A stretch of 64,000 nucleotides of DNA, taken from a virus. The notes beneath the pieces are model-generated. The model worked only from the letters and a program-made list of their open reading frames with translations, had not been told where the DNA came from and made no database searches. Location of the stretch: the IMG/VR virus record IMGVR_UViG_3300027973_000048, positions 1 to 64,000 of that record. One strand, 5' to 3'. Position 1 is the first letter of the stretch; each line of letters opens with the position of its first letter. The translations under genes were made by a program, and so were the position numbers. Of this stretch, positions 38,255 to 47,672 are shown piece by piece.

Positions 38255-38545
38255 ATGAGTCGCCCAAAACCAAAAATTTTACTAGAACATACTAATAAAA
38301 AGAATTTCAAAACAGATCAAATTTTGGAAGCAGAGGCTATTTGGGCTGTATTCTACAAAAATAGCCCTTTTAACTTGAAAAGTTTTAGCAGTGTAGTCAG
38401 TTATCCTGGACCTAAATATAAAAAAACAGCATTTAGCAATCCAGGACATGCTATTAACTTAGCAAAAAAACTTAACTTAGAATTTCATTGCCAAGACTTT
38501 ACCGTAGTTGTACTAACTTCTGGTCAAACTCTTAAAGATGAATAG
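38255..38545 (+). CDS. Hypothetical protein
   Basis: 96 aa; MSRPKP start, FSNPGHA. Confidence 0.7.
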   Translation: MSRPKPKILLEHTNKKNFKTDQILEAEAIWAVFYKNSPFNLKSFSSVVSYPGPKYKKTAFSNPGHAINLAKKLNLEFHCQDFTVVVLTSGQTLKDE

Positions 38546-38936
38546 TCTAACATACACTAAAATATTCCTAACAACCAAAGAACGATCCTGCGATGAAGTC
38601 AATGTGAAACTTCATCATAAAATTTGGTGGCAAAATACCCGTACTAAAGCCAAAGGTGGACTACGTCTAACTGACAAAGGCTACGAATTTTTGGTAAAAG
38701 AATTGGATTTGAAAGAATATGAAATTCCATTTACCGAAGATATTGAATTAAGTCCCCAAATTATTATCTTTTTTGATCAGTTTTTGGATTGTCCGTACTA
38801 TCTTACCCACCGTAGTCTCACTGTTTTCTCCGAGAAAAAGGCGTTTGAACTACACTTGTTCTCCGATGATATACGCAAATTTGGCTTGATGAAGGCTATG
38901 AAAGCTAGGCGATCAGACGAAAAACCACTTGACTAG
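38538..38936 (+). CDS. Hypothetical protein
   Basis: 132 aa; GLRLT motif. Confidence 0.7.
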   Translation: MNSLTYTKIFLTTKERSCDEVNVKLHHKIWWQNTRTKAKGGLRLTDKGYEFLVKELDLKEYEIPFTEDIELSPQIIIFFDQFLDCPYYLTHRSLTVFSEKKAFELHLFSDDIRKFGLMKAMKARRSDEKPLD

Positions 38937-38957
38937 AAAGGCAAGTTCGCTTATAAT
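38929..38957 (+). promoter_or_regulatory. sigma70 promoter TTGACT-N17-TATAAT
   Basis: 17-nt spacer, upstream of the AAA gene. Confidence 0.82.
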
Positions 38958-39000
38958 AAGAACATAGCAAATTTATTTCAACTTAACAAGGAAACAAGCT

Positions 39001-40092
39001 ATGTCCGAGATTATTAGTCGCACCGTTGGTCCCCGAGATGCCAAACGTGCAATTCAAAAATGCTTCAATAAACAACGCCCTCTGTTCCTTTGGGGACCTG
39101 CTGGCATTGGTAAATCAGATATTGTTAAACAAATTGGTGAAGACGTCGGTGCTCATGTCATCGACATCCGCTTGAGCCTTTGGGAACCCACTGATATTAA
39201 AGGCGTTCCTTACTTCGATTCTAACAGTGGCAAAATGCTTTGGGCACCTCCCAGCGAACTGCCCGACGAAGAAATGGCCAAAGAACACAAAAAGATCATC
39301 CTCTTTTTGGATGAAATGAACAGTGCTCCTGGTAGCACTCAAGCTGCCGCTTATCAGCTTATTCTTAATCGTCGCATTGGCACTTATCGCTTGCCGGACA
39401 ATGTAGTAATTGTAGCTGCTGGTAACCGTGAAGCAGATCGTGGCGTTACTTATCGTATGCCAGCCCCATTGAGCAACCGCTTTATTCACTTGGAATTGCG
39501 TGTTGATTGGGATGACTACGCTTTTTGGGCTACCGAAAATCGTATCCATAAGGATGTAGTTGGCTTTTTGACTTTCTCAAAGAAAGATCTTCATGACTTT
39601 GATCCTAAGTCTGCTTCAAAGGCATTTGCCACTCCACGTAGCTGGACTTTTGTGTCCGAACTACTGGAGGACGATGACACTGACGAAACCACTCTAACTA
39701 ACCTTATTTCAGGTGCAGTTGGTGAAGGTCTTGCAATCAAATTTATGGCACATCGTAAAATTTCCAGCAAGATGCCAGACCCTACTGACATTTTGAATGG
39801 CAAGGTTAAAAAAATGGAATCGCGTGAGATTAGTGCAATGTACTCTTTGGCAGTTAGCCTCTGTTACGAACTTAAAGATTCCAGCGACAAACGAGCAAAG
39901 ACTTGGGATAAACAAGTCAATAACTTCTTCCGTTTTATCATGGATAATTTTGAAACTGAATTAGTTATTATGAGCACTAAACTTGCTCTTACCCAATATC
40001 AATTGCCTCTGGATCCAGACGAGATTGATTGCTTTGATGAGTTCCATACTAAGTTTGGTAAGTACATTTCGGCAGCTACCGAAAAGAAGTGA
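39001..40092 (+). CDS. MoxR-like AAA+ ATPase
   Basis: GPAGIGKS, LFLDE, AAGNR, PLSNRF, TPRSW. Confidence 0.88.
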   Translation: MSEIISRTVGPRDAKRAIQKCFNKQRPLFLWGPAGIGKSDIVKQIGEDVGAHVIDIRLSLWEPTDIKGVPYFDSNSGKMLWAPPSELPDEEMAKEHKKIILFLDEMNSAPGSTQAAAYQLILNRRIGTYRLPDNVVIVAAGNREADRGVTYRMPAPLSNRFIHLELRVDWDDYAFWATENRIHKDVVGFLTFSKKDLHDFDPKSASKAFATPRSWTFVSELLEDDDTDETTLTNLISGAVGEGLAIKFMAHRKISSKMPDPTDILNGKVKKMESREISAMYSLAVSLCYELKDSSDKRAKTWDKQVNNFFRFIMDNFETELVIMSTKLALTQYQLPLDPDEIDCFDEFHTKFGKYISAATEKK

Positions 40093-40103
40093 AAATTTAC
40101 CAC

Positions 40104-40132
40104 TTGACACCGCCTTCGGGCGGTGTTATACT
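40104..40132 (+). promoter_or_regulatory. sigma70 promoter TTGACA-N17-TATACT whose spacer is a C(UUCG)G hairpin
   Basis: GACACCGCC-TTCG-GGCGGTGTT at 40106-40127. Confidence 0.8.
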
Positions 40133-40156
40133 ATATACATTATATAGGAGAACACT

Positions 40157-41329
40157 ATGCAACATTCATTAGATCCCGTCGTTGACAAAATTATCGTAGC
40201 CCGAGTAGGTCTCCTACTTCGTCATCCATTTTTTGGTAACATGGCTACTCGTCTTAAAGTTATTGATGCTACTGAATGGTGCGCCACTGCTGCCACGGAT
40301 GGTCGGGCACTTTACTACAATCGAAACTTTTTTGAAGACTTGACCAATAAACAAGTTGAATTTGTTATTGGTCACGAAATCCTCCATAACGTTTTTGACC
40401 ATTTGGGTCGTAACGAAGGTCGTAATCGTAAAGTATTCAACATTGCCGCTGACTATTGCGTAAACGGTCAATTGATTCGTGACCATATTGGCGAGCAGCC
40501 TCCAAAGATTCCTATCTTCCATGATCCCCAACATTATGGCAAGAGCGCAGAGCAAGTATACGACGAGCTCATGGAAAAATATGATGATCAAGAACTAGAT
40601 GCATTGGGTAAGCTACTTGACGAACATATTGACTGGGACAAAGAAGGCGAAAATGGACGCCCGCAATATACTAAAGAAGAGCTCAAGGCCATCCGTGACG
40701 AGATCCGTGAAGCCACTATCCAAGCAGCCAACGCCGCAGGTGCAGGCAACACTCCCGCAGGCGTAGCTCGTCTTATTAAGGATCTTACCGAGCCTAAAAT
40801 TAATTGGCGACAATACCTACGTCAACAAATTCAAAGTTTGATCAAGTCTGATTTCAGTTTTACTCGTCCCAATCGCAAAGGTTGGGGGCTAGGTGCTGTA
40901 CTGCCCAGTATGAAAAATGAAGAAACCATTGATGTTTGTGTTGGCTTGGACATGAGCGGAAGTATTACTGACGCAATGGGCAAGGACATGTTGAGCGAAA
41001 TCAAAGGCATCATGGACGAGTACAAAGACTTCAAAGTGAAGATTTGGTGTTTTGACACCAGTGTTTACAATGAACAAGACTTTGACAGCTATGAAAACGA
41101 AATTGAAAACTACGAACTTAAAGGCGGTGGCGGCACTGACTTTGATGCCAATTGGACATATATGAAAGAGCATAATATTACTCCAAAGAAGTTTATTATG
41201 TTTACTGATGGCTATCCATATGGATCTTGGGGTGACGAGCACTATTGCGATACACTGTTTATTATTCATGGTAATCAAAACATTGTTCCTCCCTTTGGAC
41301 AATATGCCTATTACGAAGAAGCTAAGTAA
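40157..41329 (+). CDS. HExxH metallopeptidase-like + VWA domain protein (DUF2201-like)
   Basis: ATDG, HEILH, DMSGS MIDAS, GGGGTDF, FTDG. Confidence 0.87.
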   Translation: MQHSLDPVVDKIIVARVGLLLRHPFFGNMATRLKVIDATEWCATAATDGRALYYNRNFFEDLTNKQVEFVIGHEILHNVFDHLGRNEGRNRKVFNIAADYCVNGQLIRDHIGEQPPKIPIFHDPQHYGKSAEQVYDELMEKYDDQELDALGKLLDEHIDWDKEGENGRPQYTKEELKAIRDEIREATIQAANAAGAGNTPAGVARLIKDLTEPKINWRQYLRQQIQSLIKSDFSFTRPNRKGWGLGAVLPSMKNEETIDVCVGLDMSGSITDAMGKDMLSEIKGIMDEYKDFKVKIWCFDTSVYNEQDFDSYENEIENYELKGGGGTDFDANWTYMKEHNITPKKFIMFTDGYPYGSWGDEHYCDTLFIIHGNQNIVPPFGQYAYYEEAK

Positions 41330-41607
41330 TGGCCCTAAAGAACGGCAAGCCTAATCCATTAAATTTATTAGGTTTACGGCGAGTAGACTTTCCTGCTCGC
41401 CATTTTCATTATACTACGTTAGGACATAAACCGCCCGATAAAATCCAATCTATTAATGAATGGATCTACCATAATTTAAATGGTAGATATTACTTGGCTA
41501 TGAAACTAGCGTTAGACAATACCAATAGCATACGCTATGAAACAAATCTTGGATTTGAAGAAGAAAAAGAATTAAGTTTCTTTTTGCTGTCTTATTCAGA
41601 TTTATAA
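41329..41607 (+). CDS. Hypothetical protein
   Basis: TAATG-coupled 92 aa ORF. Confidence 0.65.
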   Translation: MALKNGKPNPLNLLGLRRVDFPARHFHYTTLGHKPPDKIQSINEWIYHNLNGRYYLAMKLALDNTNSIRYETNLGFEEEKELSFFLLSYSDL

Positions 41608-41658
41608 TCTTTAATTTTTTAGAAAAGATATATAATAGTACACTTTTAAGGAGACATT

Positions 41659-41880
41659 ATGAACAAACCACCAATGAAACAACAACAAGAGCCAGTAGAA
41701 GAACAAGAAGTAGATGTTGCTGAAGATCTTAACATTAACGATCTCAATGCATTAAAACAAATTATTGAAGTAACTAATAGCCGTGGTAGCTATAAAGCTG
41801 CTGAAATGGAAGCTGTTGGCAAAGTTTATAACAAACTAAGCAAATTTTTAGGTCAAGCAACAGCATCCAAGGAAGAATAA
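41659..41880 (+). CDS. Hypothetical protein
   Basis: TAAGGAG SD; 73 aa. Confidence 0.7.
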   Translation: MNKPPMKQQQEPVEEQEVDVAEDLNINDLNALKQIIEVTNSRGSYKAAEMEAVGKVYNKLSKFLGQATASKEE

Positions 41881-41881
41881 A

Positions 41882-42481
41882 ATGGTTAGTTTAAAACATG
41901 TTGGAAGATTTGTTGGCAATGGCAGAAAATGTCTTGTAGCATACAGAACTCTTCCTGGTGATGCATATAACTGTCTAGTAATTCCTACTGAAGCATTAGA
42001 CGATCGGTATCATGATGCATTAATTCAATTAGTAGAATCTAATTCTGCACAAACAGCCAATGAGTTTGCCGAAGTATTGGCCAGAACTACTTTCCCTGAT
42101 GGTAGTATTATGTTGGCTGCATTGCATACTCAAGGTAAATTGATGAGAGTTGCCACTGATCAAATTGAAATGATCCCTAATTTTCAAACTAAAATTAAAT
42201 TAGATCAACTCAATGTGGTCATTGCTGAACAAATGGGCGTGGCCGTAGACGACTTGTCCATTAAAGAAGATCTCAAAAATAAAAAAAGAGACGATGTTGA
42301 AATTGTTGAAGTAGCCACTGTTACTGAAACTCCCATGCCTGTCGTAGAAGAGAATTTTGAAGACATGCCAGTAGAACAACGTGCTACTAAACTGAGGGGC
42401 CAGGCTGATAAATTAGCCAAACAGGCTGCCGAACTACGTCGTCAAGCTGAAGCATTGGTGCCAACTAAAAAAAGAAAATGA
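41882..42481 (+). CDS. Hypothetical protein
   Basis: 199 aa; C-terminal coiled coil. Confidence 0.7.
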   Translation: MVSLKHVGRFVGNGRKCLVAYRTLPGDAYNCLVIPTEALDDRYHDALIQLVESNSAQTANEFAEVLARTTFPDGSIMLAALHTQGKLMRVATDQIEMIPNFQTKIKLDQLNVVIAEQMGVAVDDLSIKEDLKNKKRDDVEIVEVATVTETPMPVVEENFEDMPVEQRATKLRGQADKLAKQAAELRRQAEALVPTKKRK

Positions 42482-42792
42482 CCATCAAAAAACTTTCAAA
42501 GGATGTCATTGAAAGTTGGCCCGAAATTTTCGAAGATGTTGAACTTAATGTAGTACCGTTGAAGTATCTATGCTCTATACAGGTCAAATTTAAAGACAAA
42601 AGAATTTGGAATATAGACATAGGTAAAAACCTACGGGATGATAATTGGCAAATTGTCCAAGAAAATATTCAAGAAATGATTTTGAATTACAAAGAACATA
42701 TATCAAGCATAGATTTTAAATTAGACACAGACAAGATTAAAAAAGATATTAGTCGAGAAACAACTAAATTCCTTAGAAAAAGAAAACTATGA
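42478..42792 (+). CDS. Hypothetical protein
   Basis: ATGA-coupled 104 aa ORF. Confidence 0.65.
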   Translation: MTIKKLSKDVIESWPEIFEDVELNVVPLKYLCSIQVKFKDKRIWNIDIGKNLRDDNWQIVQENIQEMILNYKEHISSIDFKLDTDKIKKDISRETTKFLRKRKL

Positions 42793-43457
42793 ATGTTAAA
42801 TTAATTTCCTATAGTCAACCCACAGAAGAAATGAAAAATTTGGGTATTGATACTGCACAGGAATTGGTAGCGTATTGCGCTAGAGTTAGTAATCCTAGTA
42901 ATCAACTTAACACAGAAACCAGTGAAAAACTAATCAAATATTTGATTAAACATCAACACTGGAGCCCTCTTGAAATGGCTTCAGCCTGTATGGAGATTAC
43001 CACTACTAGAGATATTGCTCGGCAAATATTGCGTCATCGTAGCTTCAGTTTTCAAGAGTTTAGTCAACGCTACGCTGACCCTACTAAAGATCTTAATTTT
43101 GTCACTAGAGAGGCTAGGCTACAAGATGATAAAAATAGGCAAAATAGTGTAGAAGTTGAAGATCACTTACTGCAAAATGATTGGTATCGTGCTCAACAAC
43201 GAGTTATCTATGCGGCACGTCGTGAATACGAATGGGCAATTGAGAACGGTATTGCCAAAGAGCAAGCTCGTGCAGTATTGCCCGAAGGACTAATCGAAAG
43301 TCGTCTTTATATGAATGGAACCCTACGTAGCTGGATTCATTTTATTGAACTGCGTAGTGCTAATGGTACTCAAAAAGAACATCAAGAAGTAGCCTTAGCC
43401 TGTGCAGAAGCTATTGCCAATATTTTCCCATTAACTTCCAGTCTTGTAGCCAATTAA
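42789..43457 (+). CDS. thyX: FAD-dependent thymidylate synthase
   Basis: RHRSFSFQEFSQRY; HWSPLE; EQARAVLP. Confidence 0.95.
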   Translation: MNVKLISYSQPTEEMKNLGIDTAQELVAYCARVSNPSNQLNTETSEKLIKYLIKHQHWSPLEMASACMEITTTRDIARQILRHRSFSFQEFSQRYADPTKDLNFVTREARLQDDKNRQNSVEVEDHLLQNDWYRAQQRVIYAARREYEWAIENGIAKEQARAVLPEGLIESRLYMNGTLRSWIHFIELRSANGTQKEHQEVALACAEAIANIFPLTSSLVAN

Positions 43458-43982
43458 CATAAATCTAGAAAACTCTTTATCTGGATATTTAAACTTCTTT
43501 TCTGATCTATAAAGATTAGTCAAAGGGTAACGCTCTACTAACTGATCTAAGCTGAAACAATAATCATGATCATCGTCATCATCATGAATTTGATCAGTAC
43601 TTTGAATTACCACTAATTGATTGGTAATTTTATCAAACCATTGTCTATCAACAATATGTTCAGCTGATGTATTAATAATTACATCAAACTCTGAAAAGTC
43701 TACTTGATTAGCGTCTTGGGTATGTGCTTTAAATTGCCAACCATTACATACCCAAGCATTATTGATTCGATCTGCTATAGATTCAACTTTTGAATCTATG
43801 TCAAAGGATCTAATGTGTTTGATATCTACAGCACGTCTACTTAATAGTAGAAAAGCCAATACACCATACCATCCACCCAATATTGCGATACGACTATTAC
43901 TAGGCATAATAGATTCCAATCTTTCGCATAACCAAATTTTACTTTCAACTTGACCATGGCTAAATGCTGTAAAATCAATCAT
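43431..43982 (-). CDS. SAM methyltransferase-like protein
   Basis: ILGGWYG, SFDID, INTSAEH; tail-to-tail overlap with thyX. Confidence 0.7.
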   Translation of the reverse strand: MIDFTAFSHGQVESKIWLCERLESIMPSNSRIAILGGWYGVLAFLLLSRRAVDIKHIRSFDIDSKVESIADRINNAWVCNGWQFKAHTQDANQVDFSEFDVIINTSAEHIVDRQWFDKITNQLVVIQSTDQIHDDDDDHDYCFSLDQLVERYPLTNLYRSEKKFKYPDKEFSRFMLIGYKTGS

Positions 43983-44652
43983 TGTCAAACCTTTGTTTTA
44001 ACCATTCAAAATCATTAATCAATTTTAGTTTATCAGTATTTTCAAAATTTACCAAAGCATAGGCTTTACCAGCGAGTGCTCCTTTTATAGCATAACTACC
44101 ATAAGGTCTATCATAACCTATTGTACACCATGTGCTTAATCTTTTAAGACTTTCATCATTGTCTTTTTTATTAATTACGTTGATAGTCAATTTAACTGCT
44201 TCTCTAAAAGCACTACGCCATGTGCTAAATGAATCTATATTAAAATTTGTGATATTAGATACTTGTTCTATTACTTTAATTTTATTGTTAATACTTAGTG
44301 TCATATCCAAACTAGATGTATCAATTTCTAAAGTTAATCTTCTAGGTAATAATTTAACAGCACCATATCCATAGACCAGATCATTAATGGGATTGATACT
44401 ATGGAAAATATGCACACAATCTAAATCATAGTCAGGAGCAACATAATTAAATTCAAATTCTTCTAATACTCGAGCATCACCATCCACTACCCAAAACATT
44501 TTAGTAAAAGAACTTTTTGCTGCTGCTATGTGAGCGTTATGAATACCTTTGACGTTGTTGATTCTTTTGGCCAATACAAATCTAGAACTCAATATTTCCC
44601 AATTTTTATCAGCATTTGATTCATTATTTGAAATAAAAATTATGTCATACAT
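43975..44652 (-). CDS. GT-A glycosyltransferase-like protein
   Basis: FWVVDGDA (DxD), YGYGAVKL, WRSAFRE. Confidence 0.65.
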   Translation of the reverse strand: MYDIIFISNNESNADKNWEILSSRFVLAKRINNVKGIHNAHIAAAKSSFTKMFWVVDGDARVLEEFEFNYVAPDYDLDCVHIFHSINPINDLVYGYGAVKLLPRRLTLEIDTSSLDMTLSINNKIKVIEQVSNITNFNIDSFSTWRSAFREAVKLTINVINKKDNDESLKRLSTWCTIGYDRPYGSYAIKGALAGKAYALVNFENTDKLKLINDFEWLKQRFDND

Positions 44653-45560
44653 TGATAAAAACTCTTAAATCTACTCCAATACTTACCTGAACTAATTTCG
44701 TCATTACTCCAATGTATATGAGCAATTTTATCTAACCATTGTATTCTATCCGTCATTACCGGTGTTTCTATTAAATTAATATCATCAAAACCTACATCAC
44801 AAGCCCAACTATTTAAGGGGTCATCTAAATACACAGGAATTCCTTGAATCACACTAACGCAATTTGGGGTGGAATTAAATCCTACTGAACACCAAGCATT
44901 TGCCAAATCAGTTCGAATATTGTCATTATTGGATATGGCCACTCCTTTTCTTCCATAAAGACTGTGTAACTTTTTTTTATTCTCAGTATTAAAACTTTTA
45001 TCACCTGGATGCAATCTAACAACGATTTTTCGATCAGTAACTTTTTTCAACCTTTTTATAACACTTGTAATCCAATCTAATCCATTTTGATTGGGCATGT
45101 TCCAAGACAAAGTACGTTGACCTAAAACTAAAATATGATCTCCGTTTTGTCTCCAAGGTTCTATAGCTAGTTTATGATGTGTTAAAATATTGTCCAATTT
45201 TGAATCATATCTTTCATCACCTAAAAAATATTCACCATCTGTTGGATAAACACTATTGACACTGTATCTATGATAAAAATGACTGGCTCTGCCATATGAA
45301 AAAATATTACTATCTACAAAAATAATTTTAGCCCGTTGCAATTTCAAAATATCAATAATACGTTTTCTATAATTATTTTCCAAAGTATATCCTAAAATAA
45401 ACCCTGCATCTAATTTTGGAATATTATCACTGATACTTCTAAATTCTATAACTTCATCCCCACAGACATTTACCCCATCACGAAAACAATCCATCAAATT
45501 TTCTTTATGTGGAGCTTTATGAATATTAGTTATAGAGGAGTAAAAAATTCCAACTTTCAT
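44640..45560 (-). CDS. GT-B / capsular-polysaccharide-synthesis-like protein
   Basis: VRLHP, FNST, GIPV motifs. Confidence 0.6.
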   Translation of the reverse strand: MKVGIFYSSITNIHKAPHKENLMDCFRDGVNVCGDEVIEFRSISDNIPKLDAGFILGYTLENNYRKRIIDILKLQRAKIIFVDSNIFSYGRASHFYHRYSVNSVYPTDGEYFLGDERYDSKLDNILTHHKLAIEPWRQNGDHILVLGQRTLSWNMPNQNGLDWITSVIKRLKKVTDRKIVVRLHPGDKSFNTENKKKLHSLYGRKGVAISNNDNIRTDLANAWCSVGFNSTPNCVSVIQGIPVYLDDPLNSWACDVGFDDINLIETPVMTDRIQWLDKIAHIHWSNDEISSGKYWSRFKSFYQCMT

Positions 45561-46291
45561 TGATTTTCTAATCTTTCCAATAGAGCTTCTTTGTTTTTAA
45601 TCATTTCAGATATCATATCTTCAGTTGATCCTGCCCAAAGACTTCTAATTTTTTTAGGAATTTTACTGCCATAATGTACTGTGCCTAAAGTATAGGTATG
45701 TAATCCACCACCATGATCTTTATTTTTAATTTTATAACTGGGATATTTCTCAAAAAGACTTTCCACAGCGTCCCCGTCATAGGCCCTATCAAGAGTGAGA
45801 ATTTTTTTTGATTCCCAAATATTTTCATAATCGTATAGCAATTGATCTAGTCTACGATCACTCATATTAACTACGATATGGCCTGCATCTAATTTTTTTA
45901 ATTGTGATTCGCCAGTGGCCCAAATACAGTTGCTTTCAACTAATCCTTTTAAAATAGAATCAAATTCTTCTTGATTAAATTTCACAATTTCCACATCTGT
46001 ATCTAGCAATACTACAAAATTATAATCTCTTAAATTACGCAATGCCCATACTTGACTTTGCATTTTACGCCAAAAATTTACAGGTTTAGTTCTATTACAA
46101 AATTCTGTAAACAAATTTCCTTGATTATAAATATCATTCCATTGAACTATTTTGATTTTTGGTATTTTTATTACGTCCTCATCACAAATAACGTATTTGT
46201 CACCAGGCAATTTACGCCAACTTGGTAAACAATATTTTGCTATGCTGTCGTAATATTTTGCATCAGCTAATCCACTCCATGCTATATTCAT
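45557..46291 (-). CDS. GT-A glycosyltransferase-like protein
   Basis: FWRKM...VLLDTDV (DxD), DAG. Confidence 0.6.
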   Translation of the reverse strand: MNIAWSGLADAKYYDSIAKYCLPSWRKLPGDKYVICDEDVIKIPKIKIVQWNDIYNQGNLFTEFCNRTKPVNFWRKMQSQVWALRNLRDYNFVVLLDTDVEIVKFNQEEFDSILKGLVESNCIWATGESQLKKLDAGHIVVNMSDRRLDQLLYDYENIWESKKILTLDRAYDGDAVESLFEKYPSYKIKNKDHGGGLHTYTLGTVHYGSKIPKKIRSLWAGSTEDMISEMIKNKEALLERLENQ

Positions 46292-46977
46292 TTTATATCC
46301 CTCTGCTGACAATATTCAGTTAGAATACGTTCCTTATGCCATTCATCTGCCATTGGTGTATTGGCAAACTCATGAAAAGAAGGTGCACCTAACGTATAAT
46401 GCAACAACTTAGCATCAGGATTAGCACCATATTCATCTGGAAGCCAATTCCATTCTTTAGGCAATTCACCTATTCGACTGTCATCTAGCCATGTAAATCT
46501 ATGTAATTCTTTGCCTGTTGCTTGCATTATATACTCTGGAGTTAGTATTCTATTTGGAAAACTATTGCAATTCCAAAGTATAACACTGGACCAATTTTTA
46601 CGGGGATAATCCTCATTTTTAGCACCTAAGTATTTAACTGGCATTTTGGTTTTATAGTCATGCTTGACCACTTGTACATCAAACATACTATTACGCAGAT
46701 TCCATAATTCAGTAATGTCACTACGCACTACCATATCGCCATCAATAAAAATAGCATGGCCACACCAATGCATAAGATATGGAACTAGGAATCTAGTGTA
46801 TATAAAATGATTACTGCCGTCAGTATGAGTCTCACTGTAATCTTTAAAAAGATTCAGTGCTACTGGTACAATACTAACGGGGCTAGTGCTAGTTCTTATT
46901 ATGCTGTTAGCACATACATGGAATACTGTGGCCTCTCTAGGATCATACCCAATAAAAATTGGGATCAAATCTTTCAT
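46288..46977 (-). CDS. GT-A glycosyltransferase (GT8-like)
   Basis: FIGYDPRE, TRFLVP, FIDGDM, YPRKNWSS, EWN, LLHYTLG. Confidence 0.82.
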   Translation of the reverse strand: MKDLIPIFIGYDPREATVFHVCANSIIRTSTSPVSIVPVALNLFKDYSETHTDGSNHFIYTRFLVPYLMHWCGHAIFIDGDMVVRSDITELWNLRNSMFDVQVVKHDYKTKMPVKYLGAKNEDYPRKNWSSVILWNCNSFPNRILTPEYIMQATGKELHRFTWLDDSRIGELPKEWNWLPDEYGANPDAKLLHYTLGAPSFHEFANTPMADEWHKERILTEYCQQRDIK

Positions 46978-47430
46978 CTATAATGTAGCATCCTCTAACC
47001 CTGCGGTTCGAAGTTTTATTACATTACTTAGCTGCCATTGTTTGATGTCCAATGCTTTTGTGATGCCCAACCATTTATTACGTATTAAGGCGAATTCATT
47101 AATGGCTTTTTCAAATTCAACAACGTCTGGTTCGCCTTCTACGTAACGATCACAATCACGACTGCTTAATGCTCTTTGATAGTTTTCCAAATACTTTTTA
47201 AAGTGATGGCTTTTAAGTTGACGCATTTCAATATTGAGAAACTCTAAGATAGCTTCGATTTCCTGTAATTGATTGAATCTCTGCTCTACAATACCAGGCA
47301 TGCTGGCTGCTGCTTTTTCTATATTTCCCGCTATACGGGCATCTTTTCTTGCTTCAATCAATTCATCTTCATAATATGCCATGGCATCAGGCAAAAGACT
47401 GAAATCTTGGCTGATCTTAGAGTACCACAT
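46978..47430 (-). CDS. uvsY: Recombination mediator UvsY-like
   Basis: Helical ~150 aa ending KLRTAGLED, two genes downstream of uvsX. Confidence 0.72.
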   Translation of the reverse strand: MWYSKISQDFSLLPDAMAYYEDELIEARKDARIAGNIEKAAASMPGIVEQRFNQLQEIEAILEFLNIEMRQLKSHHFKKYLENYQRALSSRDCDRYVEGEPDVVEFEKAINEFALIRNKWLGITKALDIKQWQLSNVIKLRTAGLEDATL

Positions 47431-47432
47431 GA

Positions 47433-47672
47433 TCAATATTCGTCTTCTTCAGGATCTTCGTAATCTTCCTCAATGTCAATGTCATCTTCCAAATAATACT
47501 CAATGGCGCTGTCTAAATCTGCATCCACTCCCATAGCACCTTGAAGGACTTTGTCCTTAATATTAAAGTCTGCTAGCAAGTCAATAAATTGCTCGGCAGC
47601 AGCTTGAATATCCTCCTTGCCAATGAACTCTTTAAAAAAACACCAAATATCACCAATTTGCGTATCAGTCAT
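47433..47672 (-). CDS. Acidic hypothetical protein
   Basis: 79 aa with D/E tail. Confidence 0.7.
   Translation of the reverse strand: MTDTQIGDIWCFFKEFIGKEDIQAAAEQFIDLLADFNIKDKVLQGAMGVDADLDSAIEYYLEDDIDIEEDYEDPEEDEY

Noticed and set aside
40106-40130. Resemblance of TAACACCGCC to lambda CI/Cro operator half-sites
   Set aside because: Single occurrence, wrong symmetry spacing, no repressor or integrase in the window; better explained as a UUCG hairpin.
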